From NCBI GenBank assembly GCA_000934665.2, contig JYFJ02004352.1, positions 1 through 32,930 on the forward strand: 32,930 nt of DNA, written 5' to 3'. Below the pieces are notes generated by a model. The model saw nothing but the letters and a program-made list of their open reading frames with translations, had not been told where the DNA came from and did not search any database. The stretch is from Catajapyx aquilonaris (Eukaryota). The position numbers and the translations under genes are program-made. Below are positions 1 through 9,548 of this stretch, piece by piece; position 1 is the stretch's first letter; each line of letters opens with the position of its first letter.

Positions 1-381
1 TTCTTTGCAACATTGATAAGAGGACACAAAACTGCGTAACATATGTTTTTTTCATAAAATTCTCATTGAGTGACTCTAGCTTCATTTCCACCTTAAAACG
101 CAGATTCGAATGGAATGCATAGGATTGAACAGCATTTGCTGCTGCATCGGTTGCGTATGTTTCCCTGATTTTAGCCCTTCTTATTAACATTCCAATTCTA
201 GACTCTCATTTGATTAGCAAGTCGCTTCATTTCCACCTTAAGTTTGCAGTTATTGAAAAAATAATTACTTGGAATAGCATCGTTACTATACAGTGTTTCC
301 AAGTGTCTTCGTAGTTGTGATAATGTAGGAATTTACCTTCATATACTCAGACATTTTGAGAGCTCATAAGGTCTGCCTTAC

Positions 382-597
382 CATAAGTCGACAGCGTAGA
401 AACCAGTTTTTTGAAATCGGCTATGGGCTCGTCATCTTCTGTTATATCTTCCATGTACTTTAGTTTTGCGAGATAAGGAAGTTTCGTGCCGTGATTTATG
501 TCGTAACCAAAATCTTCGTTCGGAGATTCCGTCATTGGACCCAATAGCACTGCCGTCACACCAAGGTCCTTGATGTAGTTCAATTTCTCCTTAAGAC
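382..597 (-). CDS. Second coding exon of the SLC3A/GH13 gene (gene continues beyond window start)
   Basis: Acceptor TTTCAG|GT (AG at 599-598) joins exon 1 in frame. The joined protein reads G-LKEKLNYIKDLGVTAVLLGPMTESPNEDFGYDINH...IADFKKLVSTLSTY, the classic GH13 GI.EKLDY..DLGV.A.WL.P...SP..DFGYD segment. It ends at a phase-1 donor G|GTAAGG (GT at 381-380); length 216 bp. No following exon found in 1-379. Confidence 0.9.
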
Positions 598-602
598 CTG
601 AA

Positions 603-618
603 AGTAGTAGTAGTAGTA

Positions 619-688
<70 letters not shown>
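603..688. repeat. (AGT)n/(ACT)n trinucleotide microsatellite inside the 197-bp intron (598-794)
   Basis: About 28 AGT units with one AGA interruption, read directly. Confidence 0.97.
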
Positions 689-794
689 CAGCGTCAGAAT
701 ACGCCTGGCCTAAACCATTTTTGACAGATAGTATAACATACATGACAATATTCGGACGCACACCCAACACAGCAATGAGTTTAATATTATTTAC

Positions 795-1689
795 CGTCGA
801 TATCTCCGATGCCATCATTATCGCTGTCCTTGAAAGTAAGAACTGCAATGTCATAAATGGGTCCAAGAATCCACTCGTCTTGCGGGTCAAATCGCCAGAC
901 CGGATCGTAGCTCCACTCTTTCTGCGTCCGTTTAGGTTTCTTAGTTGTCTTAGGCTTAGCAGTAGTAACTGTTGCCTTAGTTGTCGGCCGAATCGTTGAG
1001 CCTTCTTCGCCCGATCCGCCTCCACTCGTTGTCTGGTTAGCACCCCCACCTTTGTCTCCAACCGAGCTTCCACCATCGTCACCTCCAGCACCATCACTTC
1101 CATCAGATGAGCCCGGATATCGAGTCACCACTTCCCCTGGAACTTCCTCTTGCCCAGTGCTTGTCTCGTTAAAGCCCGCGCCGCAGGGTGATCTTGAAGG
1201 GGCATTGACGACGATGAAGGTGACCAAAAGCAGGAGTATGAGCCAGACGAACCAGAAGCAACAGCAGCAGCAGCCACGGCATCTGCGGTAAGTCTCCGAC
1301 TCCTTCTGAAACTCAGCGTAGTCGAACGGCTCTTCTTCACCCTCTTCTCCCAAAACCCCGTGGTACCCCGGTGGTACTTCAGCAGCCCCTGGGCCTAGGA
1401 GGGCTGCACCTGTGGGCTTCTTCCGTCTAGACCCAGTCCTGAACTCGATCTCTATCTCCTCCAGACGCACTGCGCCCCCGTGGTGGTGGTGCCGGTACGG
1501 TGGTACCCTGTTCTCTTCCCTGCAGATGTTCTTGCACCACTGCTGGCACGTCTCTCCACATACTCGCCTGCAGTACTCGACCTCGTCTTCGGAGGAGCTG
1601 TCCGACTCTGGCGGGGAGAAGCTGCGTTGACGACCTCTGTGGGTGTGACTGCGCCGCCTTTGCCTCCCTCTCTCGTAATCCTCGTCCAT
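795..1689 (-). CDS. First coding exon of an SLC3A-family (rBAT/4F2hc-like) amino acid transporter heavy chain / GH13 alpha-glucosidase-like type II membrane protein
   Basis: ATG at 1689 is in good context (AGAATGG). It encodes a cytoplasmic N-terminus, a single TM (FWFVWLILLLLVTFIVV, ~1257-1207) and NAPSRSPC, which resembles the SLC3 AP..C motif carrying the light-chain disulfide Cys. The GH13 start follows: EWILGPIYDIAVLTFKDSDNDGIGDIDG (cf. WWQ.[22 protein letters not shown].G). The exon ends at a phase-1 donor G|GTAAAT (GT at 794-793). Orthology to SLC3A1 versus SLC3A2 or maltases is not resolved. Confidence 0.9.
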
Positions 1690-4450
1690 TCTTGGGCTTG
1701 GACCAAACCGATGGACAGACTTGCCCTACCTGAGCATATTTTAATAGTCTTACATACCATGGCAGTGAGCTCTCCGGTGCGAGTCACCACTTCAGCCTGT
1801 AAATTAGACTAACCTGTGAACAAAAGAGCAGCATGGGTGGCCATGATTAGCCAGGAGGGAATATTATAATAATTGTGTTTTTCCTCACTAAACCAAGCCA
1901 TTCTTGCTACTCTGTTGGTCACGAGTCAGTCACCAATCAGGATGTGTCCATTTCTATAGCATAACCTAATATTATGAGATGAAAATAGGTTTCCAGCTCC
2001 GTGGCTTGCAATGACCCACGTCGAGTGAGCTCAGCTGCTTAACAGTACGCCAGCTAAAATTGTGTATTCCCTAGCCGAGAACATGCTTGACATAGTAGCT
2101 GCTGGAGAGATGATACGAAGGGATGAGCTCAACAGGTTTGGCAATTTTGAGGGGACTTCCAAGAACTCAACGTAGAAAATTACACTTCCAAAAATAATGG
2201 AGCACTTACACAAATTAATATGGCACATTGCTATCCCCCCATATTTTATCAATTGGACAGAAGAGTAACTGGAGTGTGGTATTTAACTTCCAAACGGTCG
2301 TGTTATTCGGTCCTTGACCCGACCTAACTAGGTTATTCATCTGAGGTAGCTCGATTTTACCTGTATGGCTAATACTGCGGATCGATTATGTGTCGGTATA
2401 TAGAACAGTGCATACCTAATTGACGCAACTGCACGGAGCTTACTCTGGCTTTCAAACGCTTAACTGGCATAAAAGGTGTGTCTATGTGGTGGACCAGCAA
2501 TGACAGAGGGAGTCACGGGAATAGAAAAAAAAAAACTGACAATTATTTTCCTAAGTCATTCATTGACCAAAAATTTATTTTCAAAAATGAATAAGTGTCA
2601 ACTCTCAAAATCGAGCATATTGAGTAGTTTTCTCCATAGCAATGGTTAATATGCAGGACATACGAGTCAATCACAAAAGGGGCATGCATTCAGTTCAGAA
2701 AGAATGTAGAGAAGATATTCTTAAGTTGTCCCGACATGTATACCGTCAACAAATCTGGTTTTCACCATGACTGTGTGGTTCACGTTGACCAGGCCATGAA
2801 CAAATACATGGAAAATATTTATGATTAATGTGCCATAAAAGGGAGGCCCGCCAATAAACACACCCATTTTGAACCTGGTTCTGCAGCAATATATTGCCAG
2901 CACTACACAAAACGTTTCGCGTGCTGACAACCAAGAGTAAAGCGGCACAGAGCAACCCCGTAGAGGAATCTCTTGGGAAAAATTAAGAGCAGCGTAACGC
3001 GCGTCTCTGGGAAACTGATAAATCTTAACAAAGATAACAATGCAGCTCTCATTATTCTAGTTGGCTTCCTTCTTACTAGGAGATATCTGAGCAATTACGA
3101 ATCTGATAAATGCAATGAGGCGTCTAAGTTAGGTGGTCTGAATTCATCAATTATTCTCTGATTTTCACAGGCCAAGTTAAGGATAATTATAATATTGGCC
3201 ATTTTTGTGACCATATCCAGAAGCTACAATTTGTAGTACGTAATTGATATGTCCCAGATGTTGTATGAGTGGCTGAGAAGCAGAGTGGTTCATGTCGAAA
3301 TTCGGCAATTTTGAGTTGTCGCTTGCATGGCATTCCCCATGCCCAACTCTGTTCTGTAACTTGGCCTAAAGACGTTTGTAATAATTATTTGCTATCAAAT
3401 TATTAAGTTCATGTGACTTACTTTTACCATGGCTGCAAAGGCAACCTAGAACTTTTCATGCGTTTATCTCTCGACATGAACCACTCTGCTTCTCAGCCAC
3501 TCATATAATTATTACAATACATTAGGCCAGTGCTTCCCAATCTTGTTTGCTGGCGACCCCACAAAAATTGTCTCGTAAAATTCTCGACCCCCACCAGATG
3601 CGCACATTTTGATCCCCCAACATGAACAGACAAGTAAACAGTCAATGAAAATGATTGAAAACTATTGTCGACTATCATAATTGTTATCTAACTTAACCTT
3701 ATTCCTTTTTATTTCTAGAGAAATAGAATATCATTTTGTAAAAATAATTTGTTTCCCTCCCTCGCCACTCCAAATATTAAGTTCGCGACACCAAATGGGG
3801 TCGCGGCCCACAGTTTGGGAAGCATTCTATTAGGCTATGATATTATCGATTCATATTATGCAATATCTTGCTGGTTCACTTGACATAAAGGCAACTGTAA
3901 TGAGAGGTTAGATTAATACTATATATGCACAATTGTGTTGCCAGTTCAAATAAATAATTGCGTTCAAATCAATTCTGGAATTACCTTTTTAGGCAGTAAT
4001 TTGGGCACACTTGAGTTCTGCGGATCATTCGGCCATTAAATAACCCTTTAAAATTGCTACTTCTATATAAACAGTTAGAGCATCACTGTACCTGCCACAT
4101 TTAAAAATCCTGCTTAAAGCGTCAGTTGAGAGGTGGCAGGCACAGATCTGCTGAACATATGACATATCAGGACAATGACGGGTCACAAGTCCTAGCAACA
4201 GCAATCAGAGTTTGTTGATCCGCGTGTGATCAGCAGGGATGCCATCTCTAAGGTATAAGAAGACCTTGAACACTTACTGACGTGAATATAAATTCAATAT
4301 CTACATAAGCACGTATTACAAAAATATTATCGGGAATTTTATTAGCGATTGGTCATGCAATCATTTCTAGCCACACGCTTCAGTCAAAGCTATATGGATG
4401 AACCAATATTCAAAAATTATGATGCCGGTTTTCCCTCACGAAACGCCGCG
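1340..4450. repeat. Tandem segmental duplication, copy A (5' coding part plus upstream region of the SLC3A-like gene)
   Basis: Collinear same-orientation anchors with copy B: 1689/4631, 1797/4732, ~2306/6061 (TTCGGTCCTTGACCC), ~2775/6638, ~3841/7170 (TATTATCGATTCATATTATGCAATATC), ~4233/7562 (GCAGGGATGCCATCTCTAAGGTA), 4410/7723 (TCAAAAATTA). Boundaries are approximate. Confidence 0.9.
3528..3827. mobile_element. Non-autonomous hAT-type MITE (300 bp)
   Basis: Termini CAGTGCTTCCCAA / TTGGGAAGCATTC (11/13 inverted), 8-bp TSD CATTAGGC (3520-3527) / TATTAGGC (3828-3835), and subterminal GCGACCC/GGGTCGC motifs. Absent at the paralogous site in copy B. Confidence 0.8.
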
Positions 4451-4631
4451 CCGCACCGTGTTGTAAACAGTAGGATGTCGGGTGCCAAAGACCTTCTTCT
4501 TCGCCCAAATTCCGGCGGGCAGCTCCCTTGTGGCGGAGGTGCCGGCACTGTGGTACCCGGTTCTCCTCTATGCACATGTTCTGACACGTCTCTCCGCACA
4601 CTCGCCTGCAGTACTCGCAATCCCCGTCCAT
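4410..4631 (-). pseudogene. Truncated paralog of the SLC3A-like first coding exon (73-aa ORF; pseudogene remnant or micropeptide)
   Basis: MDGDC-EYCRRVCGETCQ-NMCIEENRVPQCRHLRHKGA...LGEEEG aligns with MDEDY...EYCRRVCGETCQQWCKNICREENRVPPYRHHHHGGA...LGEEGE. The 40 nt before the ATG are 37/40 identical. It has no TM or GH13 part and reads across the duplication junction to a TGA at 4412-4410. Confidence 0.75.
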
Positions 4632-7600
4632 TCTTGGGACTGGACCAAACCGATGGACAGACTTGCTCTACCTGTGCAATAATAGTCTCATCAACATGAC
4701 AGAGCCACTGGAAAGTGACTATAAACACTACCTATAAATAGTCAGTGTGTATTTTGATCAATCCGCATTCACTCTGTGTTTTCATTTTGTCTTGGCAAGT
4801 CATTATTATTGCAAGTATTCTTTTATTTAAATTCAGCCTTTAGAAAGCTAATGCTCACTTCCTTTACGTTAGCTTCTGCTACCGCTTCTCTGCAGCGAAG
4901 GTAACCAAGCGCGTTGTTCCTGTCGACACGATGTTGAGTTTATTTCAGTTCCTGTCCCTTCGTGCAACACAAGGCACGTCGTCGTCAGTTGTTGTCCGCA
5001 AATAGAGTATACAGTATATACCTGTTACCGGAGTCTCTTAACTGCAGCCTTGCATTTAAAATGTGCCAGTTAAAAATGTATGGGACACCGGTTCTATACC
5101 TGGAGCAAATTTTTATCACATTTTTCTGCCTTTTTATACGCTAGCCTGTAGCGAGTAATATACAAGGTGTTTCAATATTGAAATGTCCGTTTTAATTAGC
5201 GATTTTTTTTGCTCTAGGTCTCAAACACGTAGCACTAAATATTGTATGCTACCGGCATAGTTAATCGGGCAGTCTAGGAGTAGTACCGAGCATGGTGCAA
5301 AATAAAACTCCTAAGGCAATAATATGCAACGCGAAGCGGCAAATGGAAGTGAAATGAGTGAGAGTAGAGAGAGGAAGAGGCGTCAAAGTCTGTCAGTAAT
5401 AATGTGTCTTCCCAGGTACTGTACCGGTATAATTATGTAGTGCATAATCCAAATTATTCCACATATTGCATGCTCATCCTTCTATACATAAGCACACACG
5501 CATTTTAGAAGCCCCATACTGATCTCGTATATCATTTTCAGTTATTTAGGAAATAATATGCATTGATAAACTAACAATAAGTTATGTCGTACACATGGTG
5601 TATCTTTTTGGTAATGCTAAACCACAAAAAATTCACACGGTGTTTATAAATCCTGCCATTTAGGCCCGGTTTGTATCAACTTGAAAACAAGTTAAGGAAA
5701 ATCTCCAATTATGTGTAGCCTACAAGTAGGCATATTCATACACATAATCTGATACCATAAGAGATTTTCTCCTTGACATGTGTTGATACAATAACTGTGT
5801 CTCAATTTAATTTAGGGGAAATCTCTAATTTAATTATTTTCTTATGGATATTTACAATAGGCAATCAGAGATTTTCTCTTTATAAGTTTTCTTGCACCCT
5901 ATCTTGAGAATCTAACGTAACCCTTCCTGATTATAACAGGTAAATTGAACAAAAAAAGTATCCGGTACTCATTGTCTCATTATTTACCACTTAATACTGT
6001 ATTAACAATGTTTACGCTAGACACACAGAGTATATTTAGCTTCTTTAAACTGTCTTGTTCTTCGGTCCTTGACCCCGCCTCACTAGGTTATTCATCTCTG
6101 AGGTACGGTAGCGATTTAACCTGCATGGCCAATAATAAATTTCTGCGGATCGATTATGTGTCGATAGAGAACACTCCATGACTAATAGACCCACTGTACG
6201 GCGCTTACTCTGGCTTTCAAGGGAATACCTGGAATAGAAGTGTCTATGTGGTGGACCAGAAATGAGATGGGGAGTTAAGATAATGAAAAAAATTTGACTA
6301 TTTCCCTAAGTTATACATTGACCACATGTGTCAAACATCAAAGTCTCAAATCATTTTCATAAGCAAAGTAGCACATTGTCAATTTTCTCAGTTCAAAATG
6401 GATGGTAGTATAGGGCGGATTTTTACACCAGTGCAGTGGCCAAAAAAGAAGCAATGTACTCGAAACTAGATTAAATCAGGGGCATATTTACTAGTCTTGA
6501 TTGTTCCTTGTAGTGGTTTGACAGGACATAAATCACAAAAATAATATGTATAGGAAATTATTCTGAATTCAGAGCCTAAATAGGCCAATCAAGAGGTAAG
6601 TAGCCTACGTTGCACAAATCTGATTTTGACCATGTATGTGGTTCACGTTGACCGCGCCATGCAGAAGGACATGGAAAATGTTCATGATTAACGTGCCATA
6701 AAAGGGACGTCCGCCAATAAACGCACCCATTTTGAACCGGGTTGTGCAGCAATATATTGCCAACACTATATAAAACGTTTCGCGTCCTGACAACCAAGAG
6801 TAAAGCGGCACAGAGCAGCCCCATAGAGGAATCTCTTGGGAAAAATTAAGAGCAGCGTAACGCGCGTCACTGGGAAAGTGATAAATCTTAACAAAGATAA
6901 CAGTGCAGCTCTCATTATTCTAGTGGGCTTCCTTCCTGCTAGGAGATATCTGAGCAATTAATTACGAATCTGACAAATGCAAGGAGGCGTCTAAGTCAGG
7001 TGGTCTGCATTCATAAACTATTCTCTAATTTTCAGGCGCTTCTTAAAACAATTTGCAGCAGGCCAAGGTGAGAATATTATATTGGCAATATCTGTGTGCT
7101 GTCTTATTTTCCAGTCCACAACCTTCTGCTTCAATTTACGGTATATGCCCCAGATGTTATACAGTAGGCTATTATCGATTCATATTATGCAATATCCTGC
7201 TGGTTCACTTAACAGAAAGGCAACTGTAATGAGACGTTAGATCAATATTACCTACAGTAGCATTGCCAACTCAAATTGTGTGCAAAACAACTCTGGAATC
7301 ACCTTCTTCGGCAATATTTGCTGGGCACACTCGAGTTCCACATATTATTCATAAATTACACAATTTTAAAAAAAAATCATTCTGCTAGATAAACAGTTAG
7401 AGATTCACTGTACCTCCTACAATTACAAATCCGTCTTAAAGCGTCACGACAGTGCCCCAGAGGTGTCAGGCATAAATCTGCTGATCACATGACAAATCGG
7501 GACAATCGAGGACCGCAATTCCTAGCAACAGCAGAGTTTGTTGATTTGGATCAGGTCATCAGCAGGGATGCCATCTCTAAGGTAAGACCTTGTATACTGT

Positions 7601-7760
7601 AATGACCTATGTATTACAGAACCATCATCATAAATTTATTGGCGATTAGTTACAGTTACAGCAATTTATGGCCACACGCTACAGTCTAGCTACATGGATG
7701 GTTACAGTTGGCCCCATGTGTTTCAAAAATTACGGCTCTCTTTTCCCCCCAGAGTGCCGC
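4490..7760. repeat. Tandem segmental duplication, copy B
   Basis: Same anchors as copy A. Copy B has ~0.8 kb extra between ~4750 and ~6050 and lacks ~570 bp present in A at ~3265-3830. Confidence 0.9.
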
Positions 7761-7953
7761 AGTATGTCAGGTATGTCAGTATGCTGCAACTGCACCAATA
7801 GCATGATCCTCCTTTACTCATTCCCCTCATGAAATTGGGCAATCCCCTCCAAACCGTCCCGCCAGGAGACCGGACGCCAGTTACCAGACGCTCCCTAATC
7901 CAATCATGATTCAACCCAACCCAACGGTCGAAAAGTAACGGACTGAATCTCCA

Positions 7954-8112
7954 ACGCACCTGTATACAGGTGCGTATCTTGCAGTGTTTCTTTTTGTATT
8001 ATGTCTAGTGTGTGTAGATAGGACCCCCCCTAGACTCTGTGAATCGATAGGTTTTTGGGGTAGGCCGGGGGCAGATGGGCCGGGAGCCGCAGTGGAAAGG
8101 CGGCGCATGCGT
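7954..8112. promoter_or_regulatory. Candidate promoter/enhancer: perfect 22-bp palindrome with paired E-boxes plus NRF1/Ewg-like motif
   Basis: ACGCACCTGTATACAGGTGCGT at 7954-7975 (CACCTG and CAGGTG), AATCGATA DRE-like motif at 8042-8049, and GCGCATGCGT at 8103-8112. The block is GC/CpG-enriched and lies between divergently oriented exons. Function is inferred only. Confidence 0.35.
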
Positions 8113-9339
8113 GGGTCCCACTCAACGGATGGAGCCAGAAAGAAGAGTGGGTTGAAGAGGGTAGTAGGGGGGTTTGCCACTAGCAAGAGCAGGAAGCAAG
8201 GCTTCATTCGTACGGTTGTTCCTTTTCGGTGGGTCCGGGAATTTTCTCGGGGGGTGAAATACCTTCATTTTTGCCTCTTAGCTGGAGGAGAATGTAGGGC
8301 AGGTTTTTTTTATTTAAAAAAAGATAGGGATATTCTTGTAAGTTTCTGTGCCACGCGACAGCTTCCCCTTTTTTGGTCCAGCCCAACTCAACTAGTTGCC
8401 CGCCAACTACTTGTAAGCTGCTCTATCTATCTCTATCTCTCTTTTTTCTATCACTGTTTTCCACTATATATTTTTTTGCTTATTTTTGCACTTTTACCCA
8501 CGCTTGTTTGCACATGATTATTGAGTGGACAATAAAAAAAGCTTATACCATATCAATATTGCAGGCTCAATTTTTGCTGACAGCGGACAGATCAATATTC
8601 AAAATTATGCGACGGCAAAACACACGTGCTGAGGATTCACGCAAAAGTGTACAGTGATTCTCAAGTAAAGAAAATACAGCATGACACTTCCTGTGGTATA
8701 TTCCGGACACTTTAGCAATATTAGCGTGTCCATAGATTCTGTACGTGGCAATTTTTTTTATTCCATTTTTTGCACTCTTGATAAGCCGCACGCAACTCGT
8801 AAATAACATAACAGTGTAATGTGATCGACCTCTATTTACATGGGGCAAGTTTGAATTCTCGAGAGGTCGTTAGCCCAGGTATTACATTCCCCCTGTCACA
8901 TGAGCTACTTCCGACTACTGTGCATCAAGGCAGCCGGTTCACTGGAGTTTCCTCAATAACCAGAAAGACTTTTCGTCTCAAGGCCGACATCGATTCCTGG
9001 CGGCAGTCTTGAGAATGCTTTTACGACAAGAGATAAAGTGTCTTCCACGACCACTTTGCCTTCCCGTTACCGTATTTTATGTATCCGACATTGCATCTAA
9101 CAGAAGAAATATATACACCTAGTAACACGCAGAGGCAGTGACAAATAGCAAACACTAATGCTCCCTGCTTCTTTCCTTCCAGAAGGGTTGGATCAGCACA
9201 GAGGCTTAGGCCCCGTTTTTCTTTTCTTCAAGAAGATGCAATCGAGTTGTTGCTGTTGTTGAGACTTTTGACCCAAAACCTAGTGATCAGGCTGGAGGGT
9301 TCTAGCGCGTCCAGTGATGTGAGCGCCAGCACGGCCACC

Positions 9340-9548
9340 ATGTCAGGGATAATGCTGTGCAGCTTGGGCAACGGCAACAACAACAACAACGTCAACAACA
9401 ACCATTCGAACAACAACGTCCTGGTGCATAACAACCACCGCAGCAATAACAACAAGAAGAACAAAAACACCAGCAACAACACGGCCAACAACAACAATAA
9501 CAACGACGATCCAGATGACTTCAACAGCTGGAAGAAAGGGTTGTACAG
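9340..9548 (+). CDS. Probable coding exon of an unidentified gene, Asn-rich low-complexity N-terminus (MSGIMLCSLGNGNNNN...DDPDDFNSWKKGLY)
   Basis: GCCACCATG Kozak context at 9340, GC3-rich codons, and AAC runs interrupted at codon boundaries. A phase-2 donor CAG|GTAGGG follows 9548. A strong upstream acceptor (CTAAT branch, pyrimidine tract, CCAG| at 9182) defines a 366-bp exon 9183-9548 that is stop-free in the same frame. No family recognised. Confidence 0.55.

Noticed and set aside
79..241. 18-bp direct repeat GCTTCATTTCCACCTTAA (79-96, 224-241)
   Set aside because: Only two copies 145 bp apart in an intron; this is a local duplication or TSD, not a CRISPR-like array.
591..1103. 170-aa minus ORF ending in poly-Thr, plus other ORFs overlapping 721-1812
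   Set aside because: These are alternative-frame or antisense shadows of the real exon, and the poly-Thr is the intronic microsatellite.
2342..2365. TGAGGTAG let-7-like seed
   Set aside because: Seed match only, no precursor hairpin, and not conserved in copy B.
2721..3094. Paired minus-strand ORFs repeated at 6576-6957
   Set aside because: They recur only because of the duplication. There is no convincing start or splice signal, no synonymous bias and no recognisable domain.
5161..5945. Mariner-like (TACAAGGTGTTTCA) and Harbinger-like (TTAGGCCCGGTTTGTATCAAC) termini in the copy-B-specific segment
   Set aside because: Probably MITE debris, but matching opposite ends and TSDs could not be established.
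7460..7581. Plus-strand open frame ending at AAG|GTAAGA donor-like site
   Set aside because: The paralog at ~4130-4251 has a 4-bp frameshift and a weaker donor, and substitutions are not third-position biased.
7984..8517. 177-aa plus ORF and similar 100-145 aa ORFs (17026-17445, 21721-22158, 27494-27823, 28550-28915)
   Set aside because: They mostly have non-ATG starts, run through homopolymers or microsatellites, and show no codon bias or known motifs.
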